Positions 47,987 to 61,080 of a stretch of 64,000 nucleotides of DNA are shown here, one piece after another. Below the pieces are notes generated by a model. It ran no database searches, was not told the DNA's origin, and saw only the letters and a list, made by a program, of their open reading frames with translations. The position numbers and the translations under genes were made by a program. The DNA is taken from positions 65,903,608 through 65,967,607 of the forward strand of contig JARFYF010000104.1 in NCBI GenBank assembly GCA_030265395.1, given 5' to 3'. Each line of letters starts with the position of its first letter. Positions within the stretch are counted from its first letter, which is position 1. The DNA is from Rhina ancylostomus. Taxonomy: Eukaryota.

Positions 47987-50900
47987 GCAGTTTCTAAATG
48001 CACATATTGTGTCAGGAATGGGAATGTTCTATTATCATTATCATAAGATTATCAATACTGCCAAGAATATCCTTTTGGAGAGATGAGTGGTGCGATTGCA
48101 GGATAAGGCTGGGACTGACATTTGAATCTCTGTATCTATGTGTCTGCATTATATTTTATTGTGTGCTATTTTGAATCCAAGCACATGTTTCAAATCATTA
48201 ACTTATTTTCAAAATTTCTCCTTATTCCAAAACTTGATGGAAACTTTTTTCACTGAACTTGCCCAGCCTTTTCAATAGACTTCTGTTGTAGGCTTTGTTG
48301 TTCTCTTTCCAGTAAATGTGTCATTCAGTCTCATAGGCTGGCCCATTGGAACAGCCAATTCAGCCTCAATGATACACATTCGACTTATACCTTTCCGTTC
48401 AGTCTGAGTGCAGTTACCAGAAATATAAGGAATATTGGCATAAATCAGTGACTCATTTCTGGTCCCAGAAGCTGTGAACTTGAATTATTTCACCTATTAT
48501 CTTTGTACAACTTTTTGCCATAAGCATTAAAACAATTTAAATTCTGGTTATTGGTTTCTCTGCAAATTTAAACCTCCGTTCCATTTGCAGTGCTTCAGTA
48601 ACAAAAACTAGTATTTATATGGTGACTTTTTATGATAACTTACTTTGCAAAAATTGGCAGCTGTATTTAAAACTTTACAACTTGATTACATTTCACAAAG
48701 TGTCTCACTGGCTGGTAAGCACTTTGACATGTCTTGAAGTAGTATAGGGTGCTATATAAATGTAAATCTCCTTTTCTTCTTTCTTTCCTTCCTAATGTGG
48801 CAAAATGCCATGGTATTCCTTCTAAATTTGACACTAAGCCACTGAAGGCAATGATAGGACAGATGAACAAAATCTAGATTTTAGTGAGGGGTTTTAAGGA
48901 AGAGATAAGAATAGTAAAATTAGGGAGGGAATTCTGAAGATAAGGGCCAAGCTAAGTGGAAACACAAGTCTTTCATCCACCTATGATTGAACATTAAAAC
49001 AAAGTCAGTTTTTGTTTAAGTGTGATCAGAAAACTAGATTGGCACTTTAAAATGCTAGGGAAATTTGAAAAAGCCACTTTAGATTGCAGAAAGATTCTGA
49101 AAAATGCCAATTTTGATGAGCTGGCTAATTAATTTCATCTTAAGCATTGTCATGCCGGAACTGATTGCAGTCGCAGTAAATTCAATTATTTCACCATCTG
49201 GAGTAATGTCATTAAAAGTATGGAACTAAAATGATAGAGAATCACAATCCTGTTTCAACATTTTCCTTCTGTTTAGTTTTTCTCACTATTTTCTGTTCTT
49301 TCCCGTTGGCTCTGAAAGCTTTAATATTAATTTTATTTTCTTCACCTAATCTATCAGGTAAAGTTTTCAAATTAGCTATCAGTTTAACAAATGGAAAATT
49401 CTGCATGTTCACTTGCAGGATAGGATTTTCAAATTGCACTTTGGTTACACACAATTCCCCTTTCCAATGAATTTTCCATAACATGCACTCATAACCAGCT
49501 TTCTTATTCCCAGTAGCATTCATTTTACTGGCTGAAAACCAATTTTGAAAAATGAAGCTGGTCACATGCAGCGTGAATCATAAAAGTAAACATCTGTTTA
49601 CTTCGAAAGACAGAACCACTTTTGCTGAGTTTTGCCAACCTTTATTAAATATTCCCTTCAGTGTATAAACACTGAGGTGATGATGACCCTCTGGAACAAA
49701 GTTTCATGCAAAGTATTACTCCATTTGTCCTTTTAAATGCCACATTGGATATTTCCCACCTGATACCTGAGATTTAACAATTCAGAGTCCATGAAAATGA
49801 TTTGCACCAACCACCCAATGATGTCTGGACACAGGGAATGATCCCAGAATACCAACAAGCAGGCCAAAGGTCCACCTGATATTGGGCCTTCAATCTCGCT
49901 TAAATCAAACCAGCATTCTGAAGACACATGCTTCTAAGATCAAAAATTAAAATTAAGTTTCTGAGGGAATGTTATGAAGAAATACGTTTATTGTACTGAC
50001 TCAAAGTGGCAGGGTGTAAACATCCCCACAATCCCATTTGTTGAGATTGTAATTTCTGTTGGACTGGGGAGTTTCCAGTAGAAACCAGCCACTTCCAGGA
50101 AGGACTCAAATGTAAAATAAATCAGCTTAAGTTTTTTTCGTTGGCTGATGCAAGGTAATGAAACAGAACTCATGTGCCAGTAACAAAATCAGAAAGGAGA
50201 TTAAAAATTAAGCTAAATATAATCCCTATTAATTAAACCAAACAACATAGGGAAGGGAGAAACAAAACTGAGTGTGTCTAATGAGCACTCCTAAAGACGT
50301 ACAAAGAGTTTCTTCCACACAAGGGGAGTTAAAAGAATTTTAGAACCATGATGTGACTAGAATGATTTGCTTTTACTTGAGCTGTCTAAAAGTTCCCATA
50401 TTAAGCATACAAAAATCACTTACTTTCTCAACAGGTACAGTTAGTTATTTTGGATCAGTTTCTTAAGCAGAGGTTTAAACAGTAAGTCATCTCTGCTGAA
50501 GCATAGCAATTTATTGAAACCAACAGACTTGAAATGTATATTGGCAAGTTATTACTAAATGCTGATGGGCTGATAATTACAATGTTGTGATTGGATTCAT
50601 TCACCCAGCAAAGTTTAAATTTAGTCTGAAATTCAGCTTCTACTTGTCAGCTGATCTGTGAGTGCCAAAATAAACATATACTCATTGCTTAGGCTGGTCT
50701 TTCTTTGTGCTAGGACAATCATATCTTTTGTCAATATAAAACTGTTAATACTAGCTGCCAATGAACCTCAAAAGCAGTTGGTGCTTATACCTCCATTATT
50801 TAATGCTTGTCCCTTTCAGCACAGCTTACTAATTTGGATTATGATCACTCTGATTATTGTCTGGATTTTGCTGACATTATTGTAGACTGTGAAACTGGAA

Positions 50901-51703
50901 ACAATGCTGGGAATTCAGTGCATGCATTGTTTTAGACAGAATCTCAGAATTACTGACAGTGATTCTAAGTGCTTACATAGACAGTCAAATTGTTTTACAT
51001 AATGAAGGGAAAACAGTGATATGATGGGAACTTGAGCTAGCAAACTATTTTTGCTGTTTAATATCCAGTTTGGCTTTAATTTGTAAGGGTAAGCAAAATG
51101 GTAAACAGTAATAAATGCTAATATTAACAAACTATTCTAAAATAAGCTAATTTTACATAAGTGAATTGTAATTCTCTGATAAATATTTCAAAATACACTG
51201 CATTTTAAAATATAACATTTAAATTGTTGTGTGTTTATGTTCTAGTCTTTATTTTGTGTTCTATAAAATGCTGAAAGTTTCTCTTTCCTGATTTGCCATC
51301 TGAGAAAAATCCTCAATGTGGCTGATATTCAGCCAGCTTGATGACACCGACATTACTGGGTGTCAGGGAGCACTGGTATCAGATAGAAACTGAGACCGGA
51401 AAAGAGAAGTCCACCTCATAGAGATAACTAGTTCTTTGTGGGCAAAATCCACACATTAATGTGGCTCTAAATAAACTTATAACTAGATTTGGACCTTTGT
51501 CAAAATAATAGACCAAAGAAATTAATACTAAAACTTGTTACTAACATTACAAACTATATGTTTCACTGTACTTCTGCTCATTCATGTATATGCAGTATGT
51601 GCTCTTTTATGTACATATATTTTGGCAATGTTGCTGAGGTCCATTACTAGAGCAGTTATATTAATCTGGTTCACTATTGCCTTCCATCCTTACCTGGTCT
51701 AGC

Positions 51704-51910
51704 AGGCATGGTAGTGTAGTGGTTAGCGTAATGCTTTACAGTGCCAGCGACCTGGGTTCAATTCCCACCGCTGTCTGGAAGAAGCTTGTAAGTTCTCCCT
51801 GTGTCCGCGTGAGTTTCCTCTGGGTGCTCCATTTTCCTCCCACATTCTAAAGATGTGCAGGTTAGGAAGTTGTGAGCATGCTATGTTATCTTATTTTATC
51901 TTATCTTATA
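51704..51910 (+). mobile_element. HE1/V-SINE-like SINE, internally deleted
   Basis: ggcatggtagtgtagtggttagcgtaa...ctgggttcaattccc; (TCTTA)n tail. Confidence 0.85.
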
Positions 51911-52471
51911 TGACTCCAGAATTACCCCATGTGTTTGAGTCTTAAATGCTCTGAAGTGGCCTAGCAAACCATTCAGTTGAACAATTATCCTTACCAATAT
52001 CTTCTCAAGGATAATTAAAGAGTAGAATGAATGTTGGCCTTGCCAGCAATGCCCAGAATAATAGTAAAAAAAGTTACATTAGACTTCAGGATCTGAACTT
52101 TACCATCTTTTCATCATTCTTCACATCTCAAAAATAGCTGTAAATCAGGAATTGGAAGGAAGGAGGAACTCAGGAAAATTAAGATTACCAGGAAAGTGGC
52201 ACTGTGCAATTTGTTGGACCTGCAGGCTGACAAGTCTCTGAGCTGTTGATGAATTTTGTCTTAGGTTTTATAAAGAAGCACTAGTGAGATAGATAATACA
52301 TTTGTTTTAAATTTTGTAAAATCCGCTAGATTTGAGAGGGGTTCTATTACATTAAAAATACTAATTGTAGATAAACAAAGAAACAAGGGACTGAAGATGC
52401 TAGAATCTAGATGGAAAACACAATGCTGGAGGAACTCAGCAGGCCAGGCAGCATCCATGGAGGAAAGCAGG

Positions 52472-52509
52472 CAGTCAACATTTCGGGTCAGGACCCTTCT
52501 TCAGGACTG
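52472..52509 (-). ncRNA. Minimal type I hammerhead ribozyme motif within a Penelope-type unit (about 52375-52510)
   Basis: Minus strand: CAGUC-CUGAAGA-AGGGUCCUGACCC-GAAA-UGUU-GACUG, i.e. stem I CAGUC/GACUG, intact CUGANGA and GAAA core, stem II hairpin, vestigial stem III. Confidence 0.75.
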
Positions 52510-52569
52510 ATCAAGGGAAAACTTGCTTGAGCTATCAAACTATTTTTTGTAGATCTTTTATTTAAAAAT

Positions 52570-54110
52570 GAAGGGAGATGGAAATCAGGAAACTTCACAT
52601 TTGTCATAGGGAAGACTTTAGAAGCTGGTATGAAAGACGTTACAGCAGGACACTTCAAAAAATTCAGGGTAATCAAGCAAAGTGAAGAAGGTTTTGTGAA
52701 AGGAAAATCATGTTTGGCCAATTTATTGAAATTATTTGAATAAGTATCATGTGCTGTGGACTAATGGGAACTAGTGGATAGCTTTTGGCATTTGATAAAG
52801 TGCTACAGCAAAGATTATGAGGGACAATGCAAGTTCATGGTGTGATAATATAATGGCAGGGACACAAAATTGGCTGGTTAATAGGAGACAGGAAGGAGGC
52901 ATAAATGGGTCTTTTTCTCCTTGGAAAAAATGTAACAAATGGGATCAGTGTTGGAGCCTTAACATTTTACAATTATTTTAAAGATTTGGATGAAGACACT
53001 GAATGTATGGTTGCTAAATTTGCTGACAACACGAAGATGGATTGGAGAGTAAGTTGTGAAGACGACAGTAAGGAGTAAGGATGTGGATAGGTTAAGTAAG
53101 TAGGCAAAGATCTGTCAAATGGAGATAATGTAGGCACAAGAAAGAGTGCAGATGCTGGAAATCTGGAGCAACACACAAAATGTTGAAAGAACTCAACGGG
53201 TCAGGCAGCACCTATGGAGGGAAATGGACAGTTAACTTTTCGGGTCAAGACCCTTCTTCAGGACTTGGAGACACAAGAAAGAAAGACTGCAGATGCTGGA
53301 AATCTGGAGAGATGCACAAAATGTTGGAGGAAATCAGTGAGTCAGGCAGTATCTATGAAGAGAAATGGACAATTAATGTTTTGGGTTGGAGCCTTCTTCA
53401 GGACAGATGTAGGAAAATGTGGAAATGTCCAGTTTGGCAGAAAAAATAAAGAAAGATACATATTATCTAAATGGTGAAAGATTGCAGAGCTTTAAGGAGT
53501 GGGATCTGGGTGTCCTACTGCATGATCTGCCAAAGGTTTTCACATCAGTACAGTAAGTAATTTGGAAATTTATTGTTGGGGAAGTTAACACATAAGTAGT
53601 GAGGTTATGCTTCAATTATGTAGACCATTGGTAAGAACACACCTGAAATATTGTTTAAGGTTTTGGTCACCATACTTAAGAAAGGATGTTAATGTATTGG
53701 AAGCAGTTCAGGGAAAGTTTGTTTGATGCTTGCAGGAATGGGTAGGTTATCAAATGAGGAAATGTAGTACTGACTAGACATTCTAGATCTTAGAAAGATG
53801 AGAGTGGACTTGATTGAAATGTATAAAATCCTACAGGGCCTTGATATGCTGTATGTGGAGAAGATTTTTGCTTTTTTGGAAGAATAAGTTTAAAAATAAG
53901 GTTTAAAACAGATGAGGCAATATTTTTTCTCTCTCAGAAGGTCATGAGTCTTTGGAACTCTTTTCCTCAAAGGGTGGTGAAGCAGAGTCTTTGAATGTAT
54001 TTGAAGAGGTAGATAGATTCACGATAAGCAAGTTAGTGAAAGGTTACTGTAGGTAGCTGGGAACGTGGAGTTGAGGTTGCAATCAGATCAGTTAGGTTCT
54101 TAAATGATGG
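52570..54110 (+). mobile_element. Old CR1 ORF2 RT region
   Basis: GFVKGKSCLANLL; MVAKFADNTKM; RPLVRTHLKYC...WSPYLRKD; interrupted at 53135-53406. Confidence 0.88.
53135..53406 (-). mobile_element. Tandem dimer of a ~136-bp hammerhead-bearing unit inserted in CR1
   Basis: Units at 53135-53271 and 53272-53406; ATGTAGG duplicated at 53128-53134 and 53407-53413; minus-strand core agucCUGAAGAagggucuugacccGAAAaguuaacu at 53230-53265. Confidence 0.8.
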
Positions 54111-54204
54111 TGTCACAATGTTGATCCAGAGCAAACTCAGAACCCAAATGTGGCACACTGATACAAGACTGGAGTCAGGATACTTCCTCAGGACAAACAC
54201 AGGC
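54111..54204. mobile_element. Possible Gypsy-type LTR edge next to a gap
   Basis: Abrupt switch from CR1 3'UTR sequence to TGTCAC...agaacccaaatg; the other end is lost in the gap. Confidence 0.35.
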
Positions 54205-54349
54205 NNNNNNNNNNNNNNNNNNNNNNNNNNNNNNNNNNNNNNNNNNNNNNNNNNNNNNNNNNNNNNNNNNNNNNNNNNNNNNNNNNNNNNNNNNNNNNNN
54301 NNNNNNNNNNNNNNNNNNNNNNNNNNNNNNNNNNNNNNNNNNNNNNNNN

Positions 54350-54508
54350 GATACATTAGACAGGTTCAAGAGATTGTTGGATAGGCATATGGAAGAATGT
54401 GGGATAGAGGGATATGCGGGACGAAATGGTTAGATAGTGTGAGGTATGGTTTGATGGGCGGCACAGCATGGTGGGCCAAAGGGCCTGTATTGTTCTATGG
54501 TTCTATGA
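54350..54508 (+). mobile_element. CR1 3' end
   Basis: ggcacagcatggtgggccaaagggcctgtattgttctatggttctatg, same family as 8271-8670. Confidence 0.8.
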
Positions 54509-55564
54509 TCTCTGTCAGGAATCATGTCCAACGCTGCAACTTAATGTCATCAATTTTAATAAAATCTAGCATTAGATGTAAAACCTGCATCAAAAATGTT
54601 CTATTACAATAGATTCAGGAGGAAGACTCTAGCCATCTGTAAAATCTCTGCTCTTTTTCTGGCAGGAAATTAGAATCTGAGTGGAAATATTGAATTCAGT
54701 TGAACTGCCTTCCGTTTGGATTATCCAAAGGCATATCCAGCATTCAGCTTTGTCAAACTTCATTAGCATTAGGAAGGTGGATTAGTGAAATGTAACATTG
54801 CAATCATAACAGGCAACACCATACATCCTACTTCCTCGTCAAGATTACAAAATTAAAGAAATCAGCTGTACCTCTTGCAAAAAAATCAATCATATTTATC
54901 ACTTCATTTTACTGTCATAAGAATTTTACAAAATAAATTTACAAAAATCTATGATGATAGAAAATAATGTATTGTGCTCACAAAATGACATAATCAAAAC
55001 TATAGGCTGCATGAATATTTAACAACATGAATGACTACATGGAATAAATAATTCCAGGAATTCTGCAGTAATGTGCAGTATTGTACTGTGTGTATCTCCA
55101 TTGTGATAAAAAGGGTAGATCCAAAATGGATCTTGCAACACAAAACTGGACATCTATGAGGGGTTGTAGGCCATTATTCCATCAGAATCTATAACCTTAT
55201 GGCCCAGAATTTCTCTCATTCCCTCATTCACTGGGCCAGATCAAACTTAGTCAACAGTTCCAAAGAGAACTAACAGCGATCAGAAGTTGACAGCTCAGCA
55301 AGGCTTGGACTTCCACATGCATACAGTCAAACACAGGAGCTTAAGACAAGGCAAAGGTCAGCTGATTGCACAATGGACCCCCTGGTCCGAGGTTGTATGC
55401 ACCTTCAAGCCCAAGGCTGGATCACTGATGCATTGAGATGGGACAGATGGATTTCACAGCAGTCAGTCAGCTTTACACCAAGTCTGGCTTGTGAAAGAAC
55501 CATAACTTTATTTATTTAAATAGGATCATTGCCCTGTGAGAAAGGTAAGTGATTCATTTAGTTT

Positions 55565-55885
55565 TAGAATCACGGTGCATGGAAAAAGGCCCTTTGGTCC
55601 ATCTAGTCTACACCGACTATCAACCATCCATTTCATTCTCCCCACGTTCCTATCAACACCCCCAGATTCTACCATTCACCCATACAACACTGATCAATTT
55701 ACAGTGGCTATTAACCCTACCAACTCGCATGTCTTTAGGATGTGGAAGGAAACTGGAGCAACCAGAGGACACTAGGGTGAACATGCAAACTACACACAGA
55801 CAGCACCTGAGATTGAGACTAAGACTAAACCCAGATCACTGGAGCTGTGAGGCAATAGCTGTACTAGCTGTGCCATTGTGCAGCC
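55565..55885 (-). mobile_element. HE1-like SINE with CR1-derived tail
   Basis: ggaaaaaggccctttggtcc (CR1-like tail), gtctttaggatgtggaaggaaactggagca (V core) and a tRNA-like head at the right end. Confidence 0.75.
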
Positions 55886-56489
55886 TGTTTTTAATTATTT
55901 TCCAGCAATTTAAGGTGTTTTGAAATACACTTACTTTTACTTATTAAATAATTTCATTATTCTATTGAAAAAATTCCATCTATTTCAGTAGTTTTGAAAT
56001 GGTTTCAAGTATCAAAGATTTAAAAATAACTGAAAGGCCTGTGGTGAGCTGTCAAAGGCCATCAGGAGAATCTTGGGTGGAGTCGCCAAAACTGATGCTT
56101 GAGACCTGTTCACAGTATGCAACCTGCTCTACCCGATAGGATGCCTCTCATTGTACGGAGGGACCCTTCTCAGCTGATCCTTCCTATCTGGAGCAGGATA
56201 GTGTGAATGGGTTCCCAGAGACTAGTTTGGTGAGCTGGCTGGATCCAAGATGATTCCTTCTATTACTTTCCAGCTGGGGGATCAATTCAGATCAATAAAG
56301 AGTTCAGAAGGATGTGCCAATTGTAGTATCAAGCTAATCCAGAGACAAGGGTGTAACCTATTGAAGTTGCAACATCGAGATGGATGCTAAACAGTATAGT
56401 AGCTTTCAGTAGATAGAGTTAAGTAATCCTGCAACAGAGTGATCAGATTAAGGCTCTATACTCGTGCAACATAAATGATACTGATCTAT

Positions 56490-57745
56490 TAAAAAGCTAT
56501 CTTGGATTGAAAATTGGTTGACCAACAGAATGCAGGAACAAATTGGTCTTTTACGAGTTGGTAGATGGTAACTAGAGGGGGACACAGATCAGGGCTGGGG
56601 CCTCAGTTACTCATAAAATATATTAATGATTTGGATAAGTGACTAGAAAGTAATATTTTGAAGTTGCTGATGACACTAAACTGGGTGGGGTTGTGAATTG
56701 TGATGCAAAGAGGCTTCAACATGAACAACAGGCAAGAACAGTATAAAGAGGCTAAGTGTAAAGTTCGGATAAACAGAAAGGAGGCAAATTACTTAAATGG
56801 TGTTAGATTGGGGAGTGTACAAAGAGACTTGCACACCAAACATTGAATGCAATCATGCAGGTGCAGCAAGCTGTTAAGAAGGTAAATGATATATTAGCCT
56901 TCTTTGCATAGAGGAACAAAGATATCTTGTTATAAATACAAGTGGTGAGACCACTCTTGAAGTAATTTTGGTCTCCCTACCTAAGAAAGTATAAACTTGT
57001 CTTTGAGGGAGGGCAATGAATGATCACCAAGCTAAACCCTGCAATGCTTGGACTGCCATGTGAGGAGTGGTTAGCTTGACTCGGTTTGTATTATCTAAAG
57101 TTTAGCAGAATGAGAGGAGATTTCATTGATGTATACAACATTCTGGCAAGGATAGATGCAGAAAGATAGTTCCTCTGGCTGGGGTGTCTAGACTGAAGGG
57201 TTATAACCACAGAGAGTAATAGATTCAACAGGATCTTCACCCATTTATACTAATTCTATATTAATCCCTTCTTTTTATTCTCCTCTCAGTTCCAACCCCC
57301 CTCACCCTACAAATACTCCACCTCAATTCTCTCCACTTGCCCAGACACCAGAGACAATTTACAGTGGTCAATTAACATACCGGCTCACATGTCTTTGAGA
57401 TGTGGTAGGAAACCAGAGCACCTATGAAAACCCATGAGATCACAGAGAGTACATGTGAACTCCATACAGGCAACACCCAATGTCAGGATTGAACCTTGGT
57501 CTCCAGCTCTACTAGCCGTGCCACTGTGCCACTCAAGAAGCTATTCAACTATGCCAAATTTCACAACTTCAAAATCACTAATCCACAATGAGGATGGGAT
57601 TCAAAACAACACATGCAAGGCATAATGGATTAGCAGCCAATTGCTTTAACCTGTTAGCCACCTCCTCTCTTCAAAATGGGTGTTTGATAGTCAGCGTGGA
57701 CTTGGTGGGCCATAGGTCCTTTTCTATGTTGTATCTCTCAATGAC
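56490..57745 (+). mobile_element. Old CR1 RT and 3'UTR, interrupted by a minus-strand SINE at about 57235-57535
   Basis: IYINDLD...ADDTKLGG; gtggtgagaccactcttgaag; SINE core atgtctttgagatgtggtaggaaaccagagca. Confidence 0.8.
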
Positions 57746-57747
57746 AT

Positions 57748-58018
57748 GAAAGGAGGCCATTTGGCCCATCAAGTCGATACCAGTTCTAAGGGCAATCCCA
57801 GCAACCCCACTCACTTACCCTGTTCTTTCATACTTGCCCTTTAGCATGCCAAATTAACCCAGCAACCTACACGTAGGAGGAAACCGAAGCACCTGGAGGA
57901 ATGCCACTTGGTCAAAGAGAGAAGGTGCAAACTCCACACAGATAGCACCCAAGATCAGGATTTAACCTAGGTCACTGAGTTGTGAGGCAGTGGCTCTACC
58001 AGCTACACCACTTTGCTG
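57748..58018 (-). mobile_element. HE1-like SINE
   Basis: ggaggccatttggcccatc tail, ggaggaaaccgaagcacctggagg core, gtgcaaactccacacaga. Confidence 0.7.
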
Positions 58019-58279
58019 CTTTCTCAGGTTACAGGGTAAGAAATTTAGGACTGAGATGAGGAAAGGTTTCTTTACTTAAGTGATGGTAAATATGAGGAAC
58101 CCACCTGGCTGAATATATATGAGAGAGTTTTAGATTTCTAGATGCAAAAGACACTAAGGGGCATGAGGAGAGAGCAGGAATATGGCATTGAGTTAAATGA
58201 TCACCCATGGTTGCATTAAAGTGTGCAGCAGTTTGAAAGGTGGAATCGCCCTGTTTTCTACATCTCCATTTGTAAGAAT

Positions 58280-59960
58280 TTGCAACCAGTAGAGCTGAGC
58301 TTTTCTTTCCACTGTCATTGAATCCACCTACTCCATGTGATATCAAGAAGTGGCTCAGACTACTTGATATCAAGAAAAACAGCACCAGACAATATCCCAT
58401 CAGTAGTATTGAAGATGTCCCTCCAGAACAAGCCATGCCTTTAGGCAAGCTGTTCCAATATAGTTACAATAATGGCGTCTCCTTGACAATGTGAAAATTT
58501 GCCCATTGATAGCTTGTCCAAAAATGCAGGACTAATCCAGTCTGACTAATTACTGCCCAATCAATCTGTCTTCAACAATTAGCAAAGTAATGCAAAATGA
58601 TATTGGAAGTGTTCTCAGACAACACTTATGATTATCAAAAGTGACCAGTGTAACATTGACTTTGCCAGGACCAGACCTCACTCATCACAGGCTTGGCACA
58701 AACCCTGTATGGACCAAAGAGCTGATCTCGAGAGGTCAGTTGTGAGTGATTGCCCTTGACATTAAAGCATGAATTGACCAAATGCAGTATCACGTTAAAA
58801 CTGGGACTGATGATCAAGGGACAAACTCTCCACTGGCTAGAGTCATATCTCACACCAAGGAAAAGATGCTTGTTGGAGGACAATCATCTCAGCTCCAGGA
58901 CAACACAGCAGGAGTTCCTGAGGGCAATGTCCTAGGCCTGACCACCTTCTGTCGCTTCATTCCTTCCTTCCATCATAGAGTCAGAAATGAAAATGTACAC
59001 TGACAATTGCATTATGTTTAATTCCATTCACAATTCCTCAGCAATTAAAGCCCCTTGTATCTGCTTGCAGAAAGACTGGTCAATATTCAGGCTTGGACTG
59101 ATAAGTGCCCCACAAGTGCCAGGTAATGACCATCTCCACCATGTTTGTCTGTGAATTGTGTTATAATCGCCAGTGCCCCGGGATCTACCTGCGTAAATAC
59201 TGAGACTACAAGAGTAGTTTAGATGCTGGATATCCTATTGAATAATTTCCATATGCCCAATCAAATACAACTCCAACAACACTGAAAAAGCTCAATACAA
59301 AGCAGGAATAGGCAAGGACATGCAGATAGAAAATAATGTGGAAGAATACAATGAAACATTAGAAAAGCTAAGCATTTTTTGAAATAGTGAGAGATTGAAA
59401 GGTGTTGTTCAGACACCCATGGGTGTCCTGGTACACAAGTCACTGAAAGTTAACACACCAGGCTATTAGGAAGCAAATGGTATGTTGACCTTTAGAGCAA
59501 GAGACTATGAATACAAAAGTAAAAACACCTTACTACAATTATTTATGACCATAGTGAAACTGCACTTGAAGTATTGTGTATATCTCTGGTCTCTCTAATT
59601 AAGGAATGAGGAAGGATATGCTTGTGATAGAAGTACAATAATAAGACTCACTGGATTGATTCCTGTGATGGCATTTTTGTCCTTTGTGGATATCTTAAGC
59701 AGAGAGAACCATTACTATCCCTGGAAGAATGAGAGATGATCTCATTGAAATATGAAAACTTCTTATGAGGTTCTGCAGTCTCTACTTCTAGAAGTGTATC
59801 TCTACTTCTTATGGTGTTTGGTAGGTTAGAAGCACATACAATGTTTCCCCTGGCTGGAGGGACTAAAAGCAGAGATCAAGCCTCATTCGAGTCAGTTATT
59901 CAGGGATGAGATGAGAAGAGTNNNNNNNNNTCTTTGGAATTCTCTACCCAACACAGCTGC
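58280..59960 (+). mobile_element. Cluster of decayed CR1-group LINE fragments
   Basis: AGVPEGNVLG (GVPQGSVLG-like) and YTDN (FADD-like) at 58900-59010; VKLHLKYCV at 59550-59590. Confidence 0.7.
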
Positions 59961-60380
59961 GGAGGCAAATCCAAAAAACTGAGACATTGTAAATGTGAAA
60001 TAAAAATAGAAAATGCTGAAAAAATCTTAGCAGGCCAGGCAGCAAATGTGGAAAGAGAAGCTGAAATATTAACTGTTTCTCTTAACTGATCAGCCATATA
60101 TTATTGGATGGTGAATTCCTGCTTCAAGCTTTTATGTTCTTAAGCCTCATGATTTTAAGGGCTCAATGTTATCAAGATGCATCTAAATCCAAGATTTATT
60201 TTGCTGAAGTGAAATTACCATGAATATTTATTCCTGAGTCCACTTTCAAGGTATACAAAACTACACGATCTATCTCCGTATGTCAGTCCTTATTTCTATC
60301 TGTATCACTGGCCTAGCCTAGTGTGCCATGGCATTCACCCATCCTGTCCCCTCTTCCCAGGCTGCAGGCATTAAACATTT

Positions 60381-61080
60381 TGAAAAGGATCTATACAATC
60401 CTCAGAGAGTAATGCCCCTTTGCTGTGCCTCCCTCTAGAGATCTTTTTATAAAGCAGACACAAACATTACAATTCATGCCCTGAAGATTCAAACATTTGG
60501 ATTTGAAGAACCATAATCTTGGATTATTTAAAATAAAATTCTTGGTCCAAGTTTCCTCATACTAATACCAATTTCTGCCAAACCTATTTAGTTCCGCTCA
60601 TAGATGAAGAATCTGTGGCTTCTGCTTTGTGTAAAACAAAAGGATATTGATCAAGAATTCCAAAGATGTGAAACAAATGGTGAAATTGAAATATCATCAC
60701 TGCAAAAGGCAAAATAAAGGAGTAAAAATTCTTTAATACTGCAGTGACAAACACACTACCATAATAGAAGAGAGTTCCAAATAGACTTGAAATGAGGAAT
60801 ATGTAATAAATATTCTGACAGTTTATATCATCCAGGGTTTCACATACACAACCCCAAACAACACCCATTATTCTGCGCTCTTCCATGAAAATTGAGAACA
60901 GCTTTAGGAAATCTGGAACACAAATTCCATTTTAGACAATCCAAGATTTCAGTTCTACAAATCCAAAAGTTTGAATCTTAAAGGCATGAATCCTGATAAC
61001 TTTTTTTGTCCAGCGTATAGAGAAAGGGAAGCAGAGCAAAGGAACATTGCAATCTGTTGATTGCGAACTATCCTCTTCAG
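60381..61080. repeat. Long imperfect inverted repeat (arms about 60381-60575 and 60888-61080)
   Basis: attcatgccctgaagattcaaacatttggatttgaagaaccataatcttggatt matches the reverse complement of aatccaagatttcagttctacaaatccaaaagtttgaatcttaaaggcatgaat; similarity extends both ways. Confidence 0.85.

Noticed and set aside
51704-51775. tRNA-like A/B box sequence (also 12795-12860 and 37133-37195)
   Set aside because: These are SINE heads continuing into the SINE core; no complete cloverleaf.
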